Positions 1 through 12,800 of a DNA stretch of 64,000 bases are shown here, piece after piece; the first letter of the stretch is position 1, and every line of letters starts with the position of its first letter. Position numbers and translations under genes: made by a program. The DNA is from the human T2T-CHM13v2.0 reference genome, Homo sapiens: the NCBI RefSeq assembly GCF_009914755.1, contig NC_060936.1. The stretch is one strand, 5' to 3'. The notes beneath the pieces were generated by a model that saw only the letters and a list, made by a program, of their open reading frames with translations, searched no databases and had not been told where the DNA came from.

Positions 1-358
1 TTTTCTTCTGTTGCCCCTCCCTTTTCTCTTTTTCTTCTTATTCTGTTTCCTCTTCCTCCTCCAGCCTTTTAGTGAGGAAAGACTCTCTTGATAGCTGTGT
101 TACTTCTCTTCATCAATGCCTACATTTCTCAAAGCTGAAGTGTCCAATGTTTTTTGAATCTGACTTTCTGCCAGAATTCTTTGAATAGATCAACTCCCTT
201 TATGCTTTAACATTTTAAAATTGGTCGGTGCAAGAGAGAATTGGAGGATCTTAAGTATAGCGGTTTTCTTACAATCAACAAAGAATGTTATTCCAATTGA
301 CAGTATTTTAAGTCCAGTCATGATGGCAGTTCTCACTTTCACTTAAATATTATAGGGA

Positions 359-493
359 CATACTAGGCTTAATATCAGGGTGATGAAATAATCTGTACAA
401 CAAACCCCCATAAGTAAGTAAGGAAACAAGTTTAGTTATGTAACAAACCTGCACTTGTACCCCAAACTTAAAATAAAAGTTAAATAAATAAAT
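359..493 (+). mobile_element. Heavily 5'-truncated LINE-1 3' end (older L1PA, about L1PA13-16)
   Basis: Typical L1 3'UTR end (tactaggcttaat...gatgaaataatctgtacaacaaacccc...aacaaacctgcacttgtacccc...aacttaaaataaaagtt) followed by a (TAAA)n tail. Candidate TSD is aaatattataggga (345-358) vs aaatatcataggaa (494-507), 12/14 identical. Confidence 0.85.
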
Positions 494-1704
494 AAATATC
501 ATAGGAATAAGTAAAGAATCTGAAGTACTATTATTGCCATTTTGCCATTTCTACTGGATTTCTAGATAAGAGTCTTATCTCAATATTTTGCCCTTCATTA
601 ATTTTCTATCTACTTGGCTTGTTCAGCAAGTGGAGAGGAAGTGGGTTTCTCACAGGGTGCTAAGACAAGTGGTCTCTCATTTGTTGCTGTCTTACTGACC
701 CCACATTCAGCAAATTACTCTCTGTTGGGGGAGATGGTTGCCAAGATAGGCAGTCTAGACTATAATTAAAAGTAAGATATTTTTTCACTCCATAAATTTA
801 ACAGTTTGTTTCTTGAAACCATCCTGTTTCTCCTTAATTTGGCTCTAGGAAAATAACCACAAGTGACATGTGGTTCACTGTGGTTTCCTCAGACACTGTG
901 GCTGTCCTCATTTGGTGTGTTATGGTTCGTAACAGTTCCAGACTCAGAGATTGAATGATGGTGGTGGTATCAGAAAGGTTTAATGGCTGGAACCCCATGG
1001 AAGTAAATTAAAAAAATTTATTTGACAAGAAGTGAAATGTCTTGGAAGTTGCCAGTGCTAAACTACCAAAGTTTCATCTTATCCTTATTTATAATTTAAT
1101 GGAACAATTTAGGATTTCAAAAACACTGGGTGCTTTCTCAACTACTTAACTCTGCCCTGAGTTAGCAGTAATGTAAAATGAGTTCTGCAATGAAGAATTT
1201 CAAGTACCCATAAGCAAGTGCAGAGTTGCAAAATCCTTCCAGAGTGTTGATTTATATTTCTGTAGCCCTCAGGACAGACATAGAGTTAGCAATGTATCTA
1301 TGGTATTTGTCTCTTCCATTCAATTGCAAACCCCTCTTGTTCATGGCTGTATCATGAAGCCAGAGTCCTTAGAGGGTACTTAGGGAACAAGAGTTCTGAG
1401 GCTGATCCATGGTGTAGTCTTCCTCCCAGTTCTGCCTGCATGATTGCTTAGTAATCTTAGGCTGTAACTCATTCTTCCCTCGGAAAATGATCACATTTTA
1501 TTGTCTTGGGAGGCATAGCAAAGCTCCTGTCACATGCTAATGTAATAGAACCTGAAGGCCCCTGGGCTCTGAGCCTGTGTGATTCCTGATTATGCTGGGC
1601 ACATCTTGTCATTTTTGCATTTGAAGGGAGGGAGCAAGCCTGGTGTTGCCCACTCTTCTCCTTTGGAATAATGAAAATGGTAATGATGATAACCACAGTG
1701 AAAG

Positions 1705-1900
1705 CTAATGACACTTTTGTATTATATGCCAGACACTGGGGTAAATGTGTCATATAAAGTATCTCACTTTTTCTTCCCAACTACACCATGAGCCCTATAA
1801 TTCTTAGCTCTAACTTACAGATGAAGAAACAGAGGTAGAGAGAGGCTACTGCTTAGTTAAGGTCTCCTAGCTAAGGAGTGCCTCCAGGACCCATGTTCTT
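1705..1900 (-). mobile_element. MIR SINE
   Basis: Antisense MIR core ttacagatgaagaaacagagg...taaggtc; boundaries approximate. Confidence 0.6.
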
Positions 1901-2849
1901 AGTCTTTTCTCTCTTCTGGGGCAAATATATTAGATCATCTATTATAAAGCAACAGAGGAGATCAAGAAATACTCCAAGGCAGTTTGTTGCCCTTGGAGTC
2001 CTTAATCATTCTTTCAAACCTTCCAATTGGCATGGCTCTCTGCTTATAAAAAGACGTTTCATTTATTGAAATGTGATTTCAGAAGTCTTATGAGTGCAGC
2101 CAGCACACAGTGGGTAACAAGGAGTTAAAGTGCTTACAGTCCTTCCTGTTTGAGTCCAGCCAGCAGCAGTTTATCACAAATACAGGCCTTTGATCCTGAC
2201 AGCTTTCCTTTTACTCAGGGGGAGCAGGGAGTGTTTGACATGGGGAAGCAGGGAAGACTACAGAGAAAAGGTTCTTGTTTGTTTCCTGGGTGGATCGCCT
2301 CCTTCTTGGCACATCTCCAGGAAGCAAGTCTTTTCCCACCCTAAAACATCAAGGAAATAAATCCCTCTCCCATAAAACAGACCGGGACGAGGCCCCAGGG
2401 CAGCCAAAAGTCCAGAGACCTGGGTGTCAGGGAGGCTGGAGTGTGCCTGGGTGTCAATATGATGCAGGGAAGAGATGGTTGATGTCAGCGAGCTCTCTGA
2501 CCCCAGGGGGCAGAGCCAGGTTAGGGGCCCATAGAGAAATCCATGCCCTGAGATTGGCCATCTGGAGAAAAAACGCTAAGAGAAAGAGAAATTTCGGGAA
2601 TATTTGAGGAGGGCAACCTGAGAGGCAAGCACCAAGGAGGCTAAGCCCGGGCGCCCGGAGTCCCAACAAGGTTCTCCTGGGCAGACCCCGAGGGAAGAAT
2701 GGAAGTGTTATGAACACAAGCCAATGAGAAACAGCTCCAGCATTCAGAGCAGAAGGGGAACTGAGGGTTGGGGGCAGGCAGAATGAGGTCTCTACTGTGG
2801 ACACGTGTGGTTTCTTGCAGCCCAAGATGTGTTGGCTGTCATTCTGGTA

Positions 2850-3835
2850 ACTGTGTTCTGACTCATCTGTGGAATTTAACCCATGCCATCTGAATGAGGT
2901 GATCCACCTCCCCAGCTCTGGTCAGTGCCTGGGGAGTCAGTGCCTGTGATCCCGTTTGTCACAGTGATTGGTGCAGGGAGGGCTGAGGATGTACCAGGGC
3001 CAGTGAGGAGCAAGGAGACTTTGGCTGGGGCTTGAGACAGGCATTCATCTCCTCAGACCTGAAGTTAGGAAGAGGTAAATGCTGAGGACATTGTGTCTTT
3101 TGGGACTGTAATGGGAGAAGGACTCTGTTAGGTTTGATGATTGTTTACATATTTACCTTCCTCCCCCCACCCACTTCCTCTTGACTGCCCTGATGTTGGG
3201 CTTGGCCATGTGACTTGCTATCTGAGTAGTCCCTAAATTTGGGTTCATCCATGTAACTTGCATTGGGTAATGAGATGCCAGCAGACGTAACGCAACAGAA
3301 GCGTGAAATGTGCTGGTGCCATTGGGCTTGCTCTTTGAGCTTCTACGGTGGCTATGAGAAGAGTCTCTCAGGGTAGCTCCTGCCCTGTCAGCCAGACCTT
3401 AAGATGAATTCCCAACCTACCTTGAGGAGCCAAGCTTAGCAAGAGCCTCATGTGAAGCAGAGCCACTCAGAGTCTCACCGTGCCAGCCCTCCCATAGGGT
3501 CGAGTAAGCCCAGTTGACATCAGCTGTCTGGCAGATGTATGGGAAATATATGCTCATTGTTGAATGCGTCTGATATTTTTGTGGTTGCTGATTAGGCAGC
3601 ATTATTGTGACAATAGATAACTGATACAGGCTCTTTTAGAATTCAGCCAACAGGGCAGTGACAGACTAAGAAATAGAGAGACAGAAATAAGTCACAGTGA
3701 CATCATTTGAATGCCTGATCAAACTGCTGCTAAAGCCAGACTATTTCTTGGGCTTTCCCAGTCTGTGAGCCTTTCTGTTAAGCCATCTCAGGTCAGATTT
3801 TTATCATTGGAAACAGTCCCTGGTTGGACTGGATA
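2850..3835 (+). mobile_element. Old MaLR LTR (MLT1K/L-like), split by a younger LTR
   Basis: MLT1-like 3' portion (ctaaagccagact...ttaagcc...ggtcagattttt) at 3700-3830, with a weaker 5' portion at 2850-3120. Confidence 0.4.
3126..3628 (+). mobile_element. MaLR solo LTR (MLT1J/I-like)
   Basis: TG...CA ends, internal gggcttggccatgtgacttgc motif, terminal caatagataactgataca. 5-bp TSD gactc/ggctc. Confidence 0.75.
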
Positions 3836-3989
3836 TTGACTAAATATGAAAGGGATCTGTATGTCCCTGCAACTCCTGCAATTCAAACACACACAAGATA
3901 TATAGGTATGTATAGATAGAGATATCTGTTATAAGAAGAAGGAGTAACAGACAGGAAATTGGAAACCAAACAACAGGAGGAGGAAGGGG

Positions 3990-4417
3990 TTTATGCTTAG
4001 TACCCTGGAGCATCCATTCTGAGATGGAAATTTGCATGCAGTTGCAGGACCAATATCTGTGAGCAAGTGAAAGAAGCAGAATGGGGCAAAGGGAGAAGCT
4101 AAATTGCAACACATTTTGCACCAGAGGCCTCAGTGGATCCCATGGGGAATTCTGGAACTGAACTGGCCCTTCAGACTTGTCCTCATAGAGATGAGGAAGC
4201 CAGACCTTTGTACCCACCCCATTGGCCAGGCATTGGATATCAGCTGGCCCCAGTGAGACATTGCAGACTCGGACAAGGCAGCTTCCTTCAGCAGAAGGCA
4301 ATTCTTAGAAACACAGCTGTGAGATGTTGCAATCAACACTCCTGGAAGCAGACGGACTGAAAGCCTTGGTCCTGAAGGGGCTGGTGACCTAGCTTGGGCA
4401 CCCTAGCATCCACCACA
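3990..4417 (-). mobile_element. ERVL solo LTR (LTR16 family)
   Basis: Matches my recollection of the antisense LTR16 sequence: cagaggcctcag...ctggcccttcaga...ggtcctgaagggg...gcatccaccaca. Confidence 0.7.
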
Positions 4418-5999
4418 AGGGCCACAACCTGATGCAGAATTGAGAGAGTTTCTGGTTGAGATTATCTATCAGGTTACAGCAGGATATTAGCCCAGCAGTC
4501 ATTTGACCTACTTTTACTTTGCATTATCAGCAAGGGAGGAATAATCAGTCAGTCAAAAAGTACTTATTTTATATCCAGAGAGTAAAAAGAGCCCCCACAT
4601 TTATATAATCCGAGAGAGATAAGAATGACGATAGCAGTTCTTTCCCAAAAGGGTCAACGGAAATTTTTCATGGAAAGTCATTTCATAATCGGTCAGTTTT
4701 TGACTTCTCACAAAGGTGATGGTGGACTAGAAGGACTGGCTGGTTCTCCACTGCACAGGTTGATTTGGTGATGGCACAGATGAACAAATCCTCTTCCATG
4801 CTACCAGGTATCCCACAGGCCCAGAAGTTAGAGCACTGGTTTGCTTGCTAAGGGAATCATGTGTACAAAATTCAAGGAGCTCTCTTGCTGCCAGAGCTGG
4901 TTGGCACTCACCAAGTTGGGAAATGGTGGGGAGCAATCTCCTCCCTTAAGTGTCTTTGTCTCCCTTGGGATGTCTTTGTTCACTCTACTCCATTTTTCCC
5001 TATAGTCTACAAAGCCCCCTGAGTGCCAGCCAGAGGGTGAGGAGGAGCCCCTTTACCTACAAGCTCTTCTTGCTGAGAAATTCTGCTTCTTGACTTTTCA
5101 GCGCCCTTCTGTGGAAATGTGTTACTTAAAATGCCTACGATATTTGGGGTGGAAGGGGTGGAAACAGGGAAAGTAATAATATTGGTGACACATCATAAAT
5201 CCACAGAGACAGGGATGCTGAAAGTGGCAGAATTAAGGACTTTGGAAAGCACACAAGGTCAGCTGTGAAGAGGGCACTATTGTGAAACACTCAAGGACTG
5301 TTTTCTTAATCCTGGTGTGCAATATGGTACAGAGAGCATTCAGGAGTTACACCATTAGAGCCCTGATTTCACATGAGTTTAGTATTTCATGCTAATCGTT
5401 TTGACATTTCCAGACATCGGCTAATATTGGTCCCCATTCTACAACAGCCTATTTCCCTCTTCTCCACATGAAAGGCGAAGCTGTTGAGTGTTCCATCCCT
5501 TTTGGGTCTGGAGTTTTACCAACTGTTTGTTTTAAGTGAAGTATGATTCCTGGGTATGGAGGAGAACTACAATCTTTCTTTCTAGCTGGTCCTTTTTCTG
5601 AGACTAGGTCTGAGGAGTTAGGAGTTGGAGAGAGACAAATTATATTGTGAAGGGAAAAAGTATTTTAAGACTCAGATTGAGGGGAATTGATTAGCTTTAT
5701 AGATGCAGGATTTGAAGTGCCCTTCTCTTCATCAGAGCATGAAATGATATCTATAATGGTTTTAGTACTCACGATTTTGATATTTTTATATTATATTATT
5801 TTGTTGTTATGGATTTCATCTAGAACAATAAGTCACACTCCTTATGCATCATGCCCCACTAAAAACTCTGAAAACAGAATTCCATCATGATAAGAAAAAG
5901 GTCCACTTTTCCCAAGAAGTACACTTATTTACAGATATTTTGATATTTTGCTGTGATATCAGTTATTTTGGAAAGGTTGCAAAAGCATAAAAAACTGTG

Positions 6000-6685
6000 G
6001 CCAAAATGAGGTTTATTCTGAATTACCAAGAGTCGTTATGAAAGCCCTGTGTTTCATGAGATTTTGCATTTGATAAAATTCAACATCTTTCCTAGTAAGA
6101 AATCTTAGCAAACTTGGGATTAAAAAGACTTCTCTCTCTCTCTCAAACTCCATAAAGGGTAGCTACAATAAAACCACAATAAAAACTATGTGTACTGGTG
6201 AAATACTAAAGCAGACCCCTAAAGTGAAAATAAGGCAATATCAGCTACGCTGCTATCATGCAACATTATGGTGAAGGTCCTAGCCATTGCAACAATATAA
6301 GAAATGGAAATGTATGCTTATTGGAAATAGCACATTATCTATCTGGAAAACACAAGAAGTGCAAGTGAAAAAACCTTTAGAGCCAGCAAAATAGTTCATC
6401 AAGGTAGTCAGATATATGCTATCTGGGGTATATAGTGATGCTCAATTAGAAAATAAAGGAAAGTAAGGCTCTATTCACAGAAGGAACAAAAACTCTAAAG
6501 TACATAGCAACAAATCTAGCAATAAATAGGTAAGGCCTATATGAAGAAAATTATAACTAAAGGACATGCTAGAAATCCTGAATAAAGTCAGAAGCATATC
6601 ATGTTCTTTGATGGGAAGACTCAATATGAAAAGATATCAATTCTCCCCAAATTAACCTGTTAATTCAGTGAAAATCCGATCCAAT
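6000..6685 (+). mobile_element. Ancient L1M ORF2 (RT region) fragment
   Basis: Degenerate L1 ORF2 words: gcatttgataaaattcaaca, gtcctagccattgcaa, gggaagactcaata...attctccccaaattaa. No open frame. Confidence 0.7.
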
Positions 6686-7959
6686 GAAGTAGCATTTCTG
6701 ATGGCAGAAGGAAAGGGGTTTTGGCTTATAAAGGAAGAACTTGAGTCCTCAGACCTTTGCAGGTAGTGTCAGAACCCAGCTCCAGTTCCACTGGAGTTGA
6801 CAATGCATGTCTGAGGCACTGAGTGCAGCAAAGCTGCTGGCCCGCCAGGGATGACGCGAGGCCGGAAGATGCCGCCCACAGTACAGGAGCCGAAATCTCC
6901 TCTGCTGATTAAACTGAATTCTCTGGGATAGTTAGGATCAGACCTACCATCAGTGGTTGTATTTATCACAAGAGGGGAAAGGATCCCAGGGAGGGAAAAA
7001 GAAAATTTGCTCTCTTGATAACAAGACAGGACATTTTCTTTGAAAAATTGAAAAGTGTAGGACCTTACTTTATTCCCAAAGCTGATGAAGTAAACAAATT
7101 CAATTGTGTAGTTATAATCATAAGGGTGATTAAGGAATTTACTTTCTTCTTTCCTTCAGAAATTATCCCCTCTGTGTAGAGACAATGTATGATTCTGTAC
7201 CTGTTCCCTGTCCTTAATTAGATCCATGAGATCTTTGACAATGTGTACTTTGAGTCCTTCTTTGGGAAACATCGATAGATGATAAATAAATTTTAAACTG
7301 TAAAATGTCCAAAAGCAGAAAGTCCAAAGGATGGTCTAAGAGTATCAATGGAATCAGTTATTATATTTATTCATCCACTTACAATTGTTTTTGAAAAGTC
7401 CAGGAGAGCAGAATAGATGCCAGGAAATTGGAAAAATGCAGCTGTGGTGCAAATCTTCAAATGACGTTGAGTTGAGCAGTCCTTTCAAATTACTCTCCCT
7501 CACTGTCAGTTTAGAAGATTTGGGAATAATTGTATAAAGCTGAAATATAAAAAGAGAGACACACAAAAAAGTTTAACAAAGCAATTTTAACTTGAATACA
7601 TGTCTACAATAAAGGGATAAAGAGTGGTCCGCAGATGATCACTGTGCTTTGCTCAAGTGTATTGCCTGCCAGGACCCCACACAACTTCATTTATCAAATT
7701 CCTTAAGCTTGAAAGAGCAGTTGTGATGATTTCACTTCAGCCTAGTTTTGAACACAGTGAAAAAGATCAAGGGGTTGCGGTGTGGGGAGCTCGGCTATAG
7801 CTATCTCCAGAAGCAGCAATGCCAGATCATTTGGTGAGGCTTTATATCATTTTGAGTGATCAGGAGGGAGAAATGCCAGAAGACTCTGCAGTCTGGAAAA
7901 ATTCCTGTAGATTGGGGGTTTGGGAGGCACTGAAGACCCCAACAAAGATCTAAGGAGTG

Positions 7960-8100
7960 AGACCAACAGGAAGTAAGGAAGTGAAACCCGTGCCAACAAA
8001 AAATTCAAACTGAGTCATCAGGGAAAATATTTCTTTACAGGGTCGAGAGTAATCTGGAAAACCACAGTGACATATGTGATGTCATGCAGATAGTGACAGA
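7960..8100. promoter_or_regulatory. Candidate enhancer motif cluster (ETS, ETS-IRF, AP-1, NFAT/RUNX, ATF)
   Basis: ACAGGAAGT 7966-7974, GGAAGTGAAAC 7977-7987, TGAGTCA 8011-8017, TGGAAA 8055-8060, AACCACA 8060-8066, TGATGTCA 8077-8084. Confidence 0.4.
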
Positions 8101-10339
8101 AAATTAGATATGTAATCAGTATGTCTCTTCCCCGAGCTGCTTGTCTAATGTAAGCCTTGAAGTTCTGTCACCCGGGGGCAATTGGGGGTCATGTTGTTTT
8201 GGGCTCACAAAGGGATGGCTCTTCCTCTTTCCTATCCCTGCTGCTCTCTCCTGGCAACCAGATGCATACTCAGGTTCATTTAGGCTCAGATTTTAGCCTT
8301 TTCCTTCTGGTGAGAAATCTTAGAAGATATGACACTCCCTTGTTCTGCATAGTAGTTTGTGGAATCTGATGGGGATGTCTGCAAGTGTCCAGAGACTTTT
8401 CTCCCTCCTTTCCTCCTCCTGACCACCAGAAGAGAGAGTTGAAAAAGCAGAATGATTTTTTTTCAATAATCTTCTTTTAGAAATCACATTCCTGGCTTGG
8501 TTTGCCATTCATTTTTGCACCAAGACGTTTATGAAGTGGAAATGGCTGAACTCATCTGGCAGGGCTCTCAAGTGCAGACGGCCAGTTCCCAAATCCCTGA
8601 GGTGTGAGGGCTGGGTTCTTTTCAATAAACATTCCTGCACTTGGCCTTCTACTCCAGCCCCCTGTCCCTGCCCTCCCAGCGCCTGGAGCTTTCCACCTTG
8701 GCTCTGGCTCCTCTGAGCCTGGACTCAGCCTTCCAATTCCAGGTTGACCTTGGCTGAGCGCCCCATATGCTCATTCTTCTTGTAAAAGCAGAAAATCTCA
8801 GGCACAGATTTCTGCACTTGGCCTCTCTGCAGAACTTTTTAGTACTCAAGGCACACGCAGCCCCCAGCTGACACTGAGTGAAAGCAAGAGCACTTGCTTC
8901 GCAGAAGTCTGTGTTTACTGAATCTGATTTGGCCTTTGGCAACCCTGCTGCTGAGTCCACACTGAGAAAAGCTAGAGCTGGGCCAGGTCCTCAGGTCTAC
9001 CCCGGGCTTGTTTAGTACCTGCGGGCATGGAGGATTCTCTCTGACCTTCTCAGTACATACCTCACCTCCCACCTTGGTGGACAAAACCGGGTATTCTCCA
9101 CCATCATTGTGCTCTTAGGCATTCTGTCTAGGATGGTTGTGAAGATTCAATGAGATCACTGTTTATTTCAGTGGCTATTAAAAACTTATTAATTGATCAT
9201 TAATTGATTTAGCCAAATCAGATAACATTGATAAGAAAATATAGTGTTGAGAGCAAATTAGAGAAATAGTCAAACTAGGAATATTTAGATATCTGGTTTC
9301 TGCCTTGGATTTTATCCTATGGCAAAATCCTCCCATAATCCAGGGGTAGTGGGCCGTGCCTTATTGTCAGACAGAAGTGGGTGGAGGCTTAGAAAAACTC
9401 CAGTCGTTGTCATCTGACCTACCTGTGATTAAAGAGAGCTCTGCACATTTCTAGCTGTGTGACCCTAAAATCTTTGTGCCTTGGTTTCCTCTTGGTACAA
9501 TAAGGACTACATTTTCTACCATACGAAGGAGTTGAGATTATTAAAAGAGATAAAGTTCGATTGTCCTTGTCTTGACTCCTGCTACCAGCACTCTCCTTGG
9601 TCCTGACAAAGATTTCCCCAAACCTTGGCTTTTCATGACTTCCCAACAAACGTGGTGAATAATGTGTTCTATACACCTGTTCTCTGTCTCCAGGCTAACC
9701 TACGTGGTCTCCAGCTTTTCTTCCTAATGTAATCAATCATTTGCTCATGTTCCGTGTGACATGTTATATATTTACAATTAAAGGTTCTAGACTAATTTCA
9801 TGAAGAATCTGGAATCTTCCTTGAGATCTTTCTTGGATAAATTCACCTTTCTTTGATTCCTTAGCTGCCATTATCATTAGTGCCAAGGATGGCAAATACA
9901 CAATGTACCTGTTGCCAGCACATTCTTCTGAGTCCACAGCAGACATTACTAATTGAACACAGTGCATTTTCTCATGAACAGGGACAGAGTCTCAGAGTCA
10001 CTTTGAACACATTGTGCAGGCAATGATTCTCATTGAATTGGAGCAGTGCATCGGGGAAAATCCATTAGCCATCTGTCTACACCATTTGACTTGTTACCTC
10101 TCTTGGACTTGTGAACGTGTTAGTGTCCTTGTAGTCATCTGTGCTTCTCCTGTCTGCTCCATTAGACTCAATACACATATGTAATTTGCCAAGGATTCTG
10201 CCCCTTATCTTGAGTATAACTCAATCTAAAAAACAAAGACATAGCTAATAGTTCTTGCCTTGTAGTCATAACCAGGGTCTGTCACTGTAGGTTATGGGAT
10301 GAAACGAAACTATTTTTATTATCCTTTTTTTCTAGTTAA

Positions 10340-10660
10340 TCCTAATTATTTCCCATGACATTAAATAAGTATTCCTTAAAAACATGGTATTTCATGTCTG
10401 TGCAAATAGTCTATCATATTGATATACCGCTGTTTATTTGATCATTCCCTGGTGTTAAACTCTAGGCTGCTACCAGTGTCTGGCCACAAAAAAATAATAT
10501 CGTCTGGCAAATTTCTTCGTACCTATCTGTGTGGCTGCATCTCCAATTATTTTCTTAGGGTAGATTTCTCAAAATTATAAATAATTGTGTCAAATGGTAA
10601 GAACAGCTTTAAGATTTTTGATACACATTGAGGTATTGTTTTCTGAAACGTTGAGACAAT
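10340..10660 (-). mobile_element. Ancient L1ME 3' fragment
   Basis: Degenerate antisense L1ME 3' motifs (ttatttgatcattccct, ttattttcttagggtagatttc, ttaagatttttgatacacattg). Confidence 0.6.
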
Positions 10661-10689
10661 CTATAAGAGTAATGTAAAAGGATGATATT

Positions 10690-10840
10690 AATAATCACTA
10701 ACCCTTGTGGACCTCATCTTTGTGCCAGGCGCTGTCCTAAGAAATTTACATACATTAACTCATGTCATCCTCACCATGACCTTTTCACAACTGAGGAGAC
10801 TAAAGCACAGCTAAGGAGACTCAAGTCATGCTGGCATGAC
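10690..10840 (-). mobile_element. MIR SINE
   Basis: tgtgccaggcgctgtcctaag...tacattaactcat...tgaggagactaaagcacag. Confidence 0.6.
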
Positions 10841-11560
10841 TTGAATGCAGTCTTTCCAGAGGCAGTAGGATGGCCGGGTGACATTGTTCAGTCTCTTCAG
10901 TCCAATGAAAACTTATAAAGAACCCAGTGTATTTGGTGCAGAGTAACTGGAAGATTTGTTACAGCCTTACATACATGAGGTGATAAAAATGTCATTATTA
11001 CTAATAACAAGAACAACAACAACAGTATTTATCAGGAACAGGCCTACCTATTTTGCAAGAAAACTCATCAGTGGTCTGGGATGGCTATTGTCAGTCCTGT
11101 GGCAGAAATACCTGTGCTGACGCATTAGCGCTTAGCAGCACAGGTGAGCAAGAACTGGTTATTCGTAAACTGTATGCTGGGAAGCAGCTCTAATAAAAGA
11201 AGAATTAATTCAAAGCAATCCAAAATGTGCCAGCTTGGACCACAACACTGTTTAATGTTGTTTTAAAGAATGGTTCTAACTCTTTTTTTTTTCAAAATAA
11301 TGTTAATGGTAATTTCAGCTGTTAGAAGGGACCCAGTGAGAACTTATTTCTCCCTCTTCTTGAAGTCTAAAGTTTTGAATACCTAGTCATGGGAGTTCCT
11401 GATTAGCAAAGGGATTTTTTGTCTTCTTTTGTTTATAAGGCAACTGGTTGGTTTCCTTAAGGGTTTTAATTTTATTCTTGTGATTTCTCAACATTAGAGA
11501 ATGGCAAGAGTGGCATGGGGGTGGGAGCAGGGTCTGGGGGCAGGAGGTTGTCGGGGAGGA

Positions 11561-11738
11561 AGCTTGCCAGGTTGAGCAAATAAAATACACGACACCAGTT
11601 AAACCTGAATTTAAATAATCAGTGAATAATTTTTAGTATGTCCCAAGCAATGTTTGAGACATACTTATACCAAAAATTTTACTCATTGTTCATCTGAAAC
11701 TCAAATTTATCTGGAGATCTATATTTTACTGGTACCAC
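11561..11738. mobile_element. MER53 palindromic MITE (hAT-related)
   Basis: Long internal inverted repeat (tgaataatttttagtatgtcccaa ... ttgagacatacttataccaaaaattttactca). Ends are ttgccag / ctggtac, as in MER53. Confidence 0.85.
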
Positions 11739-12319
11739 ATTGGAAGGAGGTAGGTGAGGTGGCCCTAAGAAGGGCCAGGACAAAGAAAGGAGAGAGGGAT
11801 TTAAAAATAATAACAATCTTGGTCCTTTCAGATTGAAAAAAGAAGCACGAATGGTGTCTGCTGTTGGTATCAATGCTGGGGTCCTTCAGAGTTCTGGAAC
11901 TGCTGGTTTCCTGAAGAGCATGCTGTTTACTGACAGAGGCTGTCCTGATGCCCAAAGGGAGTTTCTCAAGGTTGCAGAGGTGCTCTTAGCACTTTCTCTG
12001 GAAATCACATAACTTCAGATAAATATTAATACTCACATGACCTCAGCTGTCCAAGTACCTGGATAAAGGAGGTTTAGAAATGACCTCAGTGCTAACTCTT
12101 TGTAGGGGGTGGAAATCACGGGGTTTTCTCATGGCAGCAGAACTCAGATACAGACCTTAAAAGTAATTAAGTTACAAAATTTAAAGCCAATGCTGTTTAT
12201 TTTTACAGAGGGAGTTCAATGACTTGCCCCTGTTTTCTTGGCAGATTGGTCATTGAAGGAAGAAATAATGAAGCCCCATCTGGTCATCAAAAAGGGACTT
12301 TTCTCAGTCTTAAAAAAAT

Positions 12320-12800
12320 TTTATCATTATTTAATTAGAAATTAAAACACATTTATAATTGGAAAAATTAAATGTGCTAATCATAGGAAATCTTAAAATA
12401 CAGGATCATATAAAGATGAAAAAAATCAGTCCTAATCCATATGCCCCAGAGAAAATCACTGTGAATATTTTCCTGTATTTTTTTCTGGTCTTTTACGTGT
12501 AAATATTTACATAATTGAGATCATACTAAACATATAGCTTTGTATCCTACTTTTTATTAATACATTCTAGGCATTTCTCTGTGTTATTAAACATTTTTCT
12601 GCAGATTGACTGAATAATGCCTCATTGTTCAAACATACCAAGACTAACCTGATCCTGCCCCATTGATAAACTAGGTTGCTTCCAGTTTTTCTCTCTTTAG
12701 ACAATGGTCTGTGGATGATCTTTTATATTCATTTTTATGCATTTCTGATTATTGACTTAGGAGAGATTCTTGGAAGTATAACTGTGGCTATGTCAAACTC
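12320..12800 (-). mobile_element. Ancient L1ME/L1MC 3' fragment
   Basis: Degenerate antisense motifs: cccagagaaaatcactgtgaatattt, gagatcatacta, taggttgcttccagttttt. Confidence 0.6.

Noticed and set aside
2921-2946. Short direct repeat gtcagtgcctg x2 (similarly cccctgcct x2 near 28257)
   Set aside because: Ordinary micro-duplications inside old repeats.
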